Source: Dehalococcoidia bacterium
GTDB lineage: Bacteria; Chloroflexota; Dehalococcoidia; UBA6926
Reading direction: 5' to 3'
Assembly (NCBI GenBank): GCA_034422835.1
Contig: DAOUJJ010000006.1
Span: 64,799-128,798 of the forward strand
DNA: 64,000 nt
The notes beneath the pieces are model-generated. The model ran no database searches. It was given only the letters and a program-made list of their open reading frames with translations, and was not told the DNA's origin. A program made the position numbers and the translations under genes. Of the stretch, positions 10,755 through 19,292 are shown in pieces; the stretch's first letter is position 1; each line of letters starts with the position of its first letter.

Positions 10755-11474
10755 ATGGGACAGCTCGATGGCAAGGTCTGCATCATTACCGGAGGGGGCA
10801 GGGGCATCGGGAAAGGGATTGCGCGCGCATTCGCCAAGGAGGGCGCGACCCTTGTCCTGGCTTCGCGACAACTTGAGTATCTCAATGAGACCGCCGAGGA
10901 GATGCGCGGATACGGATCGCCTACCCTCGTGGTCCAGACGGACGTGACCAGCGAGGAGGAGATCAAGAGCCTCTTTGCGGCCACAATGGCGGAATACGGG
11001 CGAGTCGACATTCTCGTGAATAACTCTGGGGTGTTCGACGGCGGCCCGGTCGATGAGCTCTCGTTGGAAACGTGGAACAAGGTCATCAGCATCAACCTCA
11101 CCGCGGCTTTCATCTGCACAAGAGAGGCCATGAAGATCATGAAGCCGCAGGGAGGCGGGCGAATCATCAACATCGGCAGCATCTCGTCCAGTATCCCCAG
11201 GATGAATTCGGCCGCTTACGCAACCTCCAAGCACGGGATCATCGGCCTGACAAAGTCGACGGCGCTTGAAGGCAGGGACTATGGCATCTCAGCGGGCGCT
11301 CTTCACCCGGGGAGCGTCACCCTGGAATGGCGCGGGCCGGAGGACCCGAACGCGACGATGTCAGTGGACGACATCGCCATCGCGGCATTGGCAATGGCGG
11401 TGATGCCGCCGTACGCCACCATGCTTGACGCGACGGTTCTGCCCATCAGGCAGCCCTTCCTGGGCCGGGGCTAA
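10755..11474 (+). CDS. SDR-family oxidoreductase, 239 aa
   Basis: TGGGRGIG Rossmann motif, NNSG motif, YATSK catalytic motif. Confidence 0.85.
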   Translation: MGQLDGKVCIITGGGRGIGKGIARAFAKEGATLVLASRQLEYLNETAEEMRGYGSPTLVVQTDVTSEEEIKSLFAATMAEYGRVDILVNNSGVFDGGPVDELSLETWNKVISINLTAAFICTREAMKIMKPQGGGRIINIGSISSSIPRMNSAAYATSKHGIIGLTKSTALEGRDYGISAGALHPGSVTLEWRGPEDPNATMSVDDIAIAALAMAVMPPYATMLDATVLPIRQPFLGRG

Positions 11475-11481
11475 CCGTGCC

Positions 11482-12582
11482 GGCACCCCCACCCTAACCC
11501 TCCCCCATCAAGGGGGAGGGGATAACCCTCGTCATTCCCGCACCCACTCCGTCATTCCCGCGCCCACTCCGTCATTCCCGCGAAAGCGGGAATCTGAATC
11601 ACATTGAGCCAACCAAACCCCGTAACGCCCCCCTTCCTTCATTCCCGCCCCCTCCCCTCATTCCGGCGAAAGCCGGAATCCATCGGGACTCCCCCCATGT
11701 GACACCACAATTTGCACCAAACAAAACGCCCGTCCTAAAGTCGCCACACAACACGCCATACCCCGGCGGCGGGGAACGTCGACACCCCCGCCGTCACCTT
11801 TCCCCGGGAGCGCAAAAAGGAGGGCGCTCCCTCGAGGGGCGCATCGGTGCCAAAAACCTTCGGTTTCCCGGCCAGGAAACCACGACGGGTCGCCCGTGGC
11901 CACGGGTGATCAGTGACGGTGGGCTGACGGGAGCCAAACTCGGACGGGCGGCAGTCGCGGCGCAGCGAGTGTCGTCCGGCGCAAGATTTGCAGACTTGCA
12001 CGAACACCCGGAGACCGGAGCGCGGCCTAAACGGTGGCCGACGCGATGGAACAAAACTCCCACTGCGCCGAACCGAACGTCCCACAACCGACCGAAGGCC
12101 AGGCACCGATGCGCCCCACCAAGAACCCCAACCCCCCAAACCGAAAGGAGAACCCAAGGAAAACCCAGAAAGGAGAAACCCAATGAGTCGTGGCAGACGT
12201 GCCCGCAGACTCCACCACCTCCGCTCCATCGCCCGACGCACTGAGCGCGGAGCCAAGGACATGGCCGCCATCGAAATCGTGAGAAGTATCGTGGAAGCGC
12301 GCCCCAAACCCGGCAACAATCGGGGCAAGAGGGCCCGCACCGGCTTGGAGCTTGCCCGCTCCGTGGCGGAACTCAGCGCCGTCCCCATGACCGAGCACGA
12401 AATCCGCGTCCTCGGCCGCCAACTGGACGCCCTAATCCGCCGCGCCTCCACCCTCCGTTCGCCCTGAGCCCGTCGAAGGGCGAACGCCCCCTGTCATTCC
12501 CGCCCCCTCTCGTCATTCCCGCGAAAGCGGGAATCCAGAGTCCCCTCCCCCTTGATGGGGGAGGGCCAGGGTGGGGGTGCCG
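11482..12582. mobile_element. ~1.1-kb non-autonomous MITE-like element bounded by 40-bp terminal inverted repeats (GGCACCCCCACCCTAACCCTCCCCCATCAAGGGGGAGGGG)
   Basis: Left end 11482-11521 and right end 12543-12582 are reverse complements, 38/40 identical. Each end is followed inward by GTCATTCCCGCGAAAGCGGGAAT palindromes. The left end also has three tandem 20-bp units GTCATTCCCGC(A/G)CCCACTCC. The interior is C/A-rich and low-complexity, with no transposase. Confidence 0.45.
12183..12467 (+). CDS. Hypothetical small basic protein (95 aa) inside the TIR-bounded element
   Basis: ATG 5 nt after AAAGGAGAAA. The sequence composition is non-repetitive (MSRGRRARRLHHLRSIARRTERG...LGRQLDALIRRAS). No recognisable domain. 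Confidence 0.25.
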   Translation: MSRGRRARRLHHLRSIARRTERGAKDMAAIEIVRSIVEARPKPGNNRGKRARTGLELARSVAELSAVPMTEHEIRVLGRQLDALIRRASTLRSP

Positions 12583-12599
12583 CCGAACTTAACCTAGAC

Positions 12600-13285
12600 G
12601 GATCGGCCGTACAATGCCGGGCGATGCCCCGCTGCGGTTATCCTTGCCATGCCGAGCCACAGCGAACCACGCGATGCCATGCTCCGCCAAGCCACACACT
12701 ACCAAGCCATACCTTGCCCTGATGTCCTTGCCATACCGTGCCTTGCAGGACGCTGCCGCGCTCTGCCGGGCCCCGCCGTACCGTGCCACGAATGTCCTTG
12801 CCCCGCCATGTCGGGCCTAGCCTAGCCACACCGGGCGGTGCAATGCCGGGACATACCCCGCCACGATTATCCTTGCCCTGCCATACCGCACCTTACCGCG
12901 CCTAACCATGCTCTGCCAGGCCATGCAGTACCAAGCCTTACCGTGCCACGAGTGAGTCCTTGCCATGCCAAGCCGATCCCAGCTGCACCTAGCCGTGCGG
13001 AGCCATGCATTGCCGGGCCTTGCCAAGAAGTTCCTTGCCGCGCCGTGCCCTGCCGAGACCTGCCGTACACCGCCATACCGGGCCTAACCGTGCCCTACCG
13101 GGCCGTGAAGGTTCCTCGCCAAGCCGGGACTTGCCCAACCAAACATGGCCCAGCCATACCATGCATTGCCGCGCCTCGCCTCGATGGCCCTTGTCCTGAG
13201 GAACCTTGCCATGCCGTGCCATGCTATGCCGGACTGCGCCGTGCCATGCGCTACCCCGCCATGCTATACCCTGCCGCGATAGAAA
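12600..13285. repeat. ~680-bp degenerate pentanucleotide-periodic tract (NNGCC)n, e.g. ATGCC/TTGCC/AAGCC/TACCG, strongly strand-asymmetric (C-rich top strand)
   Basis: Cutting the sequence into 5-mers gives ~135 consecutive units, most ending in GCC or containing TGCC. All six reading frames are open with many ATGs (ORF-track entries 12589..13302 on both strands). There is no repeat/spacer alternation. Confidence 0.7.
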
Positions 13286-13288
13286 CGC

Positions 13289-13879
13289 TTAACGCTCTTT
13301 GATGTGCGCGGTCGTGAATCTTCCGTAAGTGCCACTCTTGGACGGTCTCCAATCTCCGAGGCCGATGCGACGGCCGGCAACGTCGAACCAGGTCTCAAGT
13401 TTCTGGTGATCCACTAGTTCTTCATCGCAGTCCAGAACAATATCTACGCTCCAGGGCGTATCGAACTTCGCCCTTGTCCTCACGATTTTGCTGCGTTGAA
13501 CTACAACGACGCTCTGAAACTGTGTACTGTTCATCAACTCGTCGAACGTAGCACCATAGGTTTTAACATCGTACGTGAAGGTGGTTTCTAGTACGACCAA
13601 GCCTCCACGCACGTCGGGACCTTCACGGGTTTTTCGAGCTGCCTCTTCTATGCAAGCTCGGATGGCTTGGGGCGGGACCGTGACCGTATCCCCTTCGCGC
13701 CAGAGGCTGTTGAGCGTTTCGAGTTGTCGGAGTCTGGCGTCGTCCGATTCAGTTCGGTTTGTGCCACGTCTGCTGGTGATGGTCTGGATTTCTTTTGTAA
13801 AGGGGTTGCCGGGTAAGAGTCCGTCACTGGAGTGTTGGATGAGAGACGTTTCACCCTCGATTCTGACATCGTAAAGCAT
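13289..13879 (-). CDS. Hypothetical protein (196 aa) in a low-GC islet
   Basis: ATG at 13879 is preceded by GAGGAGG at -10. The ORF track extends to a TTG at 13918. Composition is diverse and no domain is recognised. GC is ~50% versus ~65% in flanks. Confidence 0.5.
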   Translation of the reverse strand: MLYDVRIEGETSLIQHSSDGLLPGNPFTKEIQTITSRRGTNRTESDDARLRQLETLNSLWREGDTVTVPPQAIRACIEEAARKTREGPDVRGGLVVLETTFTYDVKTYGATFDELMNSTQFQSVVVVQRSKIVRTRAKFDTPWSVDIVLDCDEELVDHQKLETWFDVAGRRIGLGDWRPSKSGTYGRFTTAHIKER

Positions 13880-14148
13880 TGGTCGATTGCCTCCTCGAAG
13901 ACTTGTTTGAACTGCCAAATGTCACCCTCAAACCGCCTGATTGCAGTTATGACGGAGTGGCAAATTGAGCACAGCCACGTTAGGTCATCCGATACCTCCG
14001 TTCCCACTGGTGGATAGTGGTAGTGGTGAGCTTCGACACCGGGCCGCTGCCCACACCCTTGGCAGAGGCCGTTGCTACGCGCTTGAGCCTCAGCGCGGGC
14101 TTTCCGATAAGCCTCTGTTTTGTAGCGGTCAGGTTCCTTGGGTGTCAT
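13648..14148 (-). CDS. HNH endonuclease (N-terminal HNH domain; 3' portion low-complexity and overlapping the downstream gene, possibly frame-disrupted)
   Basis: Residues 25-70 CQGCGQRPGVEAHHYHYPPVG...LTWLCSICHSV match a CxxC...H-H...CxxC HNH zinc-finger nuclease motif. The C-terminal ~90 aa are S/P/R-rich and overlap the 13289..13879 CDS by ~230 nt in another frame. Confidence 0.5.
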   Translation of the reverse strand: MTPKEPDRYKTEAYRKARAEAQARSNGLCQGCGQRPGVEAHHYHYPPVGTEVSDDLTWLCSICHSVITAIRRFEGDIWQFKQVFEEAIDQCFTMSESRVKRLSSNTPVTDSYPATPLQKKSRPSPADVAQTELNRTTPDSDNSKRSTASGAKGIRSRSRPKPSELA

Positions 14149-14305
14149 GGTCTCGATCCTCGCAAGAACGGCAGGTTGTCGCTGTGGAATAGGGTGCGGT
14201 TGGGGACGTTTAGGTCTGCCATGCGTAGTGTTCTCCGGCGTTTGCTGCGCCTATAGGGACAGGGTACAGGTTTTGCGCGGTCAATGCGAACGTATGGGCG
14301 GCGCT

Positions 14306-14331
14306 GGATTCCCGCGTGCGCGGGAATGACG
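14306..14331. repeat. REP-like palindromic element GGATTCCCGC-GTGC-GCGGGAATGACG
   Basis: Same palindrome core as at 6206, 11571, 12513, 37302, 37741 and 42895. Confidence 0.7.
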
Positions 14332-14402
14332 ATGGTGAGCAATCACGTCTTTAGATTCTTCGACTCCGCTGCGCTCCGCTCAGAATGACAGTTGGGGGCG
14401 CT

Positions 14403-14441
14403 CGCCCTTCGACAGGCTCAGGGTGAACGGTGGGGCGGGGG
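14403..14441. repeat. Companion repeat CGCCCTTCGACAGGCTCAGGGTGAACGGTGGGGCGGGGG
   Basis: Related copies at 42947-43007 and 12471-12490, reverse-complemented at 40775-40800, and partially at 37262-37290. Confidence 0.6.
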
Positions 14442-14449
14442 TTATGGGG

Positions 14450-15472
14450 TTACGCCGTCATTCTGAGGTTGGGGGTGGCGTCAAGGCTGCCGTTATCGGG
14501 TTGGGCGCCGTGCTCGATGACGAATGCGGCGCGGGCGGCGATCATCACGCCGTTGTCCGTGCAGAGTCCGGGGCGGGGCCGCCATACGGGCATGTCCGCT
14601 TTGCGCAGAACATCCTCGCCGAGGGCGCTGTTTGCCGCGACGCCGCCGGACAGCATGACCGACTTTGCCTTCGTCGCCCGAGCGACCTCCAGCAGGCGGT
14701 CCGCCAAGCCCGTGACGGCGGTCTGCTGAAAGCCCGCGGCGATGTTGGCGACATCCTCCTGCGTCAGCGCGTCCGTCCCGCCCATTTCGTTCACCACGCG
14801 GAGCACCGCCGTCTTGAGGCCGCTGAAGCTGAAATCCCATGAGTCCCTGATCAGCGGGCTGGGAAAACGGACGGGATCGGTCGCCTCACGCGCGACGCGT
14901 TCGATGATCGGGCCTCCTGGGTAGCCAAGGCCAAGCAGCCGCGCCACCTTGTCGAACGCCTCACCCGCGGCATCATCTCTCGTCTCGCTCAGTAGCCGGT
15001 AGTTCTCGTGCTCCTCAACCAGCACGATGTCCGTGTGGCCGCCGGAGACGATGAGCGCAACGGACGGCAGCAGCGGGTCGCCCCGCTCCTCACTGTCCCA
15101 CTGCCCGTCCACAATCCAGTTTGCATAGACGTGCCCCTCAAGGTGGTGGATGCCGTACAACGGCAGGTCCCACGCCATGGCGAGCGCCTTGGCGAAATTG
15201 ACGCCCACCAACAGGGAGCCCGCCAGCCCGGGGCCGTACGTGACGGCGATGGCATCGAGATTGAGGTCTCCGTCATGTTTCTGCATGACGTCACGCAGGA
15301 GCGTGGGGAACGTCAGCAGGTGTTGGCGTGACGCAATCTCCGGAACCACGCCGCCGAATCGCGCGTGGATATCCGCCTGTGATGAGAGTCCATGGACGAT
15401 GAGGCGCCGGCCGTCCTCAACGAGGGCGATGCCGGTCTCATCGCAAGACGATTCAATACCAAGGACTCTCAT
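14450..15472 (-). CDS. tsaD: tRNA N6-adenosine threonylcarbamoyltransferase
   Basis: Kae1/YgjD family with MRVLGIESSCDETG, HHLEGH and SGG motifs; 340 aa. Confidence 0.95.
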   Translation of the reverse strand: MRVLGIESSCDETGIALVEDGRRLIVHGLSSQADIHARFGGVVPEIASRQHLLTFPTLLRDVMQKHDGDLNLDAIAVTYGPGLAGSLLVGVNFAKALAMAWDLPLYGIHHLEGHVYANWIVDGQWDSEERGDPLLPSVALIVSGGHTDIVLVEEHENYRLLSETRDDAAGEAFDKVARLLGLGYPGGPIIERVAREATDPVRFPSPLIRDSWDFSFSGLKTAVLRVVNEMGGTDALTQEDVANIAAGFQQTAVTGLADRLLEVARATKAKSVMLSGGVAANSALGEDVLRKADMPVWRPRPGLCTDNGVMIAARAAFVIEHGAQPDNGSLDATPNLRMTA

Positions 15473-15488
15473 GGCGAGCCTGCGCGGC

Positions 15489-16130
15489 TCACGCCGCAGT
15501 GAGCTGCAGCATCAACATGGCGAACTCATTCTCCTGCGCCGCCATGCGGTAGAGCGAGCGCACCGCAGGATCCATGCCGGACTTGATGATCGTCGATATG
15601 TGCTCTTCTTCAATGACATTCGGCATCTGCGACCAGCCGATCACGATGGTATCGCCGTCGTCAATATGCTCGTTCGCCACGTAGATGGGCACTTCACCCT
15701 CTTCTCCGAGCGCAACACCCGAGTCACCCGGCGTCACGTAGCCCGGATAATAGATCTGTTCCCTGGTAACAACCCAGGAGACCGCCGGGCCTGCCCATGC
15801 AAGGTAGACCTCATTCCCGGTGATCGCGGCCAACACCGCGCTTGCGCGCCAGCCGCGCACCGAGTATTCGCTGAGGGTTGATTGCGCAGACTCAATCGCG
15901 TTCTGCAGGTAGCGTGTCGTCGTCAGTCTTCGCTGCGCATTGAGGCCTTCCTCAAGCGCCTCCCACACGATGTCCGAGACTGTTGCCACGGGCCCTGAGA
16001 CGACCTCAACCAGCCCGTAAACGGTCTCGATGCCGTCTCGCTGCCCGTCATCCCACTTGCGGATATAGGGCTCCATCGGCTGTGCCTCGCCGCCTGAAAT
16101 GCTGAAACTCGCCGTCGCGTATGTTGCCAT
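15489..16130 (-). CDS. PP2C/SpoIIE-like phosphatase-domain protein, possibly catalytically divergent, 213 aa
   Basis: Colinear resemblance to PP2C blocks (VYLAWAGP...VVTRE, DGDTIVIGWSQM, C-terminal AMLMLQL), but the canonical DGxGG metal-binding motif is not evident. Confidence 0.45.
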   Translation of the reverse strand: MATYATASFSISGGEAQPMEPYIRKWDDGQRDGIETVYGLVEVVSGPVATVSDIVWEALEEGLNAQRRLTTTRYLQNAIESAQSTLSEYSVRGWRASAVLAAITGNEVYLAWAGPAVSWVVTREQIYYPGYVTPGDSGVALGEEGEVPIYVANEHIDDGDTIVIGWSQMPNVIEEEHISTIIKSGMDPAVRSLYRMAAQENEFAMLMLQLTAA

Positions 16131-16282
16131 TCGAAAAATCCCCGCGCTCTCAAAATAGCTTCCCGTTAATGATACCAGTGGGCGCTACTCCCCCGGCTTG
16201 GCGCGAACGTTGCCGTGTGGGTTGTAGAATAGTCACCTAATAGCTAGAACAATCTCCCATCAGGGAGGAGGGACGCGCGCGC

Positions 16283-17545
16283 ATGCAGGAGGTCGAGACC
16301 ATTAGCCTTGCGCTATTGGGGCTCTCCTTTCTCTTTTCGGCAATCTTCTCAGGCACGGAGGCGGCTTTCCTCGCGTCACAACCGCATCGCCTGAGACACC
16401 TGGCCGAGAACGGTTCGCGAGGGGCGCGCATGGCGGCGGGGTTGAAGGAAAGGCCGGAGCGATTCCTTTCGACGCTGCTGGTCGGCAACAACCTTACCAA
16501 CACGGCCGCCGCGGCCATCGCAACCAGCATCGCCCTGACGCTGCTCGAGAACTCGGAGCAGGGACTCGTTGCCGCCACGGTTATCACCACCATTGCCCTG
16601 CTCGTCTTCGCGGAAATCACCCCCAAGACGGTTGGGGCGCGTCATGCCGAGCGCGTGATGGTGATACTCGCGCCGCCCTTCCGTGTTTTCTCCTTCGTTT
16701 TCGCGCCCGTCACGATCGTCTTCACAACGTTCGCGGGCTTTGTGGCATGGCTGACGGGCGGGACGCGCCGCGCAGTGGTGGACGCGCAGGAGTTCCGCGC
16801 AATGATCAGGACCGGCGTTGAGCAGGGAACCATGGAGGAGCGGGAGGCGGAGCTTGTCCACAAGGTGTTCCAGTTCGGCGACCGCATGGTCCGGGAGATC
16901 ATGACGCCGCGGACAGAGATCATCTGGGTGCGGAACGGAACGACGCTCTCGGAGTTTCTTGAGATATACGCGCAGCATTCCCACTCACACTTCCCCGTCC
17001 TGGGAGACGAGCCGGATACCGTGGCGGGCATCCTCGCCATCAAGAGCGTCCTCCACAAGCACGCTTTGGGTGAACTCACCATGAACAGTTCCATCACCAC
17101 GGACCTGCGTGAGACGCACTTCGTTCCGGAGACCAAGATGATTGACGACCTCATGGATGAGATGCGGGCGCAGCGGTCACGAATGGTGATGGTGGTCGAC
17201 GAGTTTGGCGATATTTCCGGCCTCGTGACGCTCAGCCGCGCCATCGAACTCATCGTCGGACGTGTGGATGATCCCGGCGACCCGCAAGCGTTCCAGGCGG
17301 TGGATGAGCGCACCGTGCGCGTGGACGGCATCATGCACATCGACGAACTGGCGGAGCAGTTGAACATCCACCTGCCGGACGGCGACGGCGAGTATGAGAC
17401 CATCGCCGGCTTCGTGCTCAAGCAGCTTGGGCGGATTCCTGAGGAGGGTGAAGCCCTCGTTCACGGCCCATACGAAATCACAGTGGCGCAGATCCACGGC
17501 GCGCGCATCGACGAGGTCACGGTGCGCACGGAGGACGCTGGGTGA
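16283..17545 (+). CDS. HlyC/CorC (CNNM) family transporter: DUF21 membrane domain + CBS pair + CorC_HlyC, 420 aa
   Basis: N-terminal 4-TM DUF21, paired CBS region, C-terminal transporter-associated domain. Typical TlyC-like architecture. Confidence 0.9.
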   Translation: MQEVETISLALLGLSFLFSAIFSGTEAAFLASQPHRLRHLAENGSRGARMAAGLKERPERFLSTLLVGNNLTNTAAAAIATSIALTLLENSEQGLVAATVITTIALLVFAEITPKTVGARHAERVMVILAPPFRVFSFVFAPVTIVFTTFAGFVAWLTGGTRRAVVDAQEFRAMIRTGVEQGTMEEREAELVHKVFQFGDRMVREIMTPRTEIIWVRNGTTLSEFLEIYAQHSHSHFPVLGDEPDTVAGILAIKSVLHKHALGELTMNSSITTDLRETHFVPETKMIDDLMDEMRAQRSRMVMVVDEFGDISGLVTLSRAIELIVGRVDDPGDPQAFQAVDERTVRVDGIMHIDELAEQLNIHLPDGDGEYETIAGFVLKQLGRIPEEGEALVHGPYEITVAQIHGARIDEVTVRTEDAG

Positions 17546-17575
17546 CGGAAGTATTGAACTTGCATGGGGGGATTT

Positions 17576-18647
17576 GGTGGAAGAAGTCAAACTGTGGGAA
17601 CTAGCCGGAACCCAGGCCAAGCCTTTGGGTTCGAATAACCAGTTGGAGTCCGAGGAGTCACTCGAAGATACCCTCGTCAACAACCCGGACCTGCTAATCG
17701 ACGGTCTGACACTGGTGGGACGGCAGACTCCCACCGAAGGCGGACCCCTTGATCTGCTGGGTGTCGATCCCGACGGCAAGCTGGTCGTGTTCGAGTTGAA
17801 GCGCGGGACGCTTTCGCGTGAGGCCGTCGCGCAAATCATCGATTACGCCTCCGACCTCGACAATATGGATCTCGATGCCCTAGCCGACCACATCTCAAAA
17901 AAGTCGGGCGATCATGGCATTGAGGAGATAGCGAACTTTCAGGAGTGGTACAGCGCGGAATTTGGGGAGTTAGACTCGCTGAAGCCCCTGCGTCTGTTCC
18001 TGGTTGGGCTGGGGACGGACGACCGAACGGAACGAATGGTGCGGTTTCTCGCCCAGAACAGCGGCATGGACATCTCGCTGCTGACCTTTCACGCGTTCGA
18101 CTATGACGGCAAGACCATCCTTGCCAAGCAAGTGGAAGTAGAGGCCGTGGCCGAACCCGATCGCCGCCCCACAAGGCGACGTCGGACGCCAGCGGAGTTA
18201 GACCGGGACTTCGACGAGAAGATGGAAAAGTATGGGACGCGTGATCTCGTCGATGCAGCTCACCGAATGTTCAAAGAGCATTGGCCGGGAGTGACAGGAC
18301 GCCCAGACCGCTTTGGACTCCACATTAGATTTCCCCATACAGATCGCCGTAAAGGATATACGCCACATGCACGCATTGACGCCTGGAGAGACGAAACAAT
18401 AAGCGTAGTCTTCTTCCGCCGTACCAAGGCACTGTGCCTGGATGAGTTCAGAGAACCCGTACGAGAGATTCCATATGCAACTTGGCCGAAAAATCGAGAC
18501 CCTTTGGACGACCCCAGGACAGAGATTCAGTTCCACCTGACCCTGCAAAGCTGGGACACTCACAAGGAACGCCTGACCGCTTTGCTGCAAGCCATCTACG
18601 CGGCATGGCAGAACAACGATCAGAATGGCGGCGCGGAATCAGAATGA
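17576..18647 (+). CDS. PD-(D/E)xK nuclease-fold protein related to NucS/DUF91, with additional C-terminal domain, 357 aa
   Basis: Motif GPLDLLGVDPDGKLVVFELKRGTLSREAVAQIIDYASDL gives the D...D...E-x-K...Q-Y signature of NucS-type RecB-like nucleases. GTG start 6 nt after GGGGGG. The ORF track's upstream extension overlaps the preceding gene. GC is slightly depressed. Confidence 0.6.
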
Positions 18648-19285
18648 ACCTCTACCTGGTGCGGCATGGGGAGACGGAGTGGAACCGCGAGGGGCGCGCG
18701 CAGGGACGCGCCGACGTTCCGTTGAATGAGGCCGGCATCGCGCAGTCGCAGGCGCTTGCGAACACCTTTGCTTCCCTGAACGTAGCAGCGGTTATGTCGA
18801 GTTCTTCACGGCGGGCAGTCCGTACCGCGGAGGCCATCGCGGCACCGCACAGCCTCACCGTGACCCCCAAAGATGATTTGCTGGAACTCAACTTCGGTGG
18901 GCTGGACGGCGCGCCGCTGCGGGACATGCGCGAGATGTTCCCGGACTTCTTCGAGCACTGGACGCGCGATCCCGCCACCGCGCAGTTCCCGGACGGCGGC
19001 GAAACGCTCCAGCAACTCCAGGATCGGACATGGGCCGCCGTGGAGGCCGTCGCGCGGTCGCATGACACACAGGACAACGTGATTATCGTGTCGCACGCCT
19101 TCGCGCTGTATTCCATCATGTGCCGCGCGCTGGGGATGCCGCTGTCCAACTACGGGCGGCTGCGGATCACCCCGGGCACGTACAGCCTCCTCGTCTCGCG
19201 CGCGCCGAACGTCATCGGGCCTGCGGATGAGCTTCAATGGGCGCTGACGAGCCTGAACGTCACCCCCGTGCCGTCCGCGGACTGA
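18644..19285 (+). CDS. Histidine phosphatase family protein (phosphoglycerate mutase-like), 213 aa
   Basis: N-terminal LVRHGETEWN motif (catalytic His) plus a second His block (VSHAF). The ATG overlaps the upstream stop (ATGA). Confidence 0.85.
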   Translation: MNLYLVRHGETEWNREGRAQGRADVPLNEAGIAQSQALANTFASLNVAAVMSSSSRRAVRTAEAIAAPHSLTVTPKDDLLELNFGGLDGAPLRDMREMFPDFFEHWTRDPATAQFPDGGETLQQLQDRTWAAVEAVARSHDTQDNVIIVSHAFALYSIMCRALGMPLSNYGRLRITPGTYSLLVSRAPNVIGPADELQWALTSLNVTPVPSAD

Positions 19286-19292
19286 TCTCACG

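Noticed and set aside
11699-12244. 181-aa ORF (P/R/T-rich) inside the TIR-bounded element
   Set aside because: Extremely low-complexity basic translation; no RBS; overlaps other equally open frames. Treated as non-coding interior of the element.
12600-13285. Possible CRISPR array
   Set aside because: No alternation of a conserved repeat with unique spacers. It is a continuous degenerate 5-nt periodic tract, with no cas genes nearby.
12589-13302. Multiple 60-150-aa ORFs on both strands across the pentamer tract
   Set aside because: Their openness follows from the stop-poor repeat composition. Overlapping ORFs in all six frames cannot all be genes. Retained only as a repeat feature.
17394-17575. 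Upstream extension of the NucS-like ORF overlapping the HlyC/CorC gene by 150 nt
   Set aside because: The extension translates to S/R-rich low-complexity sequence. A GTG with an upstream G-rich RBS at 17576 lies just after the transporter stop.
17620-17650. tRNA-like T-loop string GGGTTCGAATAACC
   Set aside because: No complementary T-stem or acceptor stem flanks it. It lies inside a coding region.
18482-18643. Upstream extension of the histidine phosphatase ORF
   Set aside because: It overlaps the NucS-like gene. The conserved RHGE motif begins right after ATG 18644, which overlaps the upstream stop.
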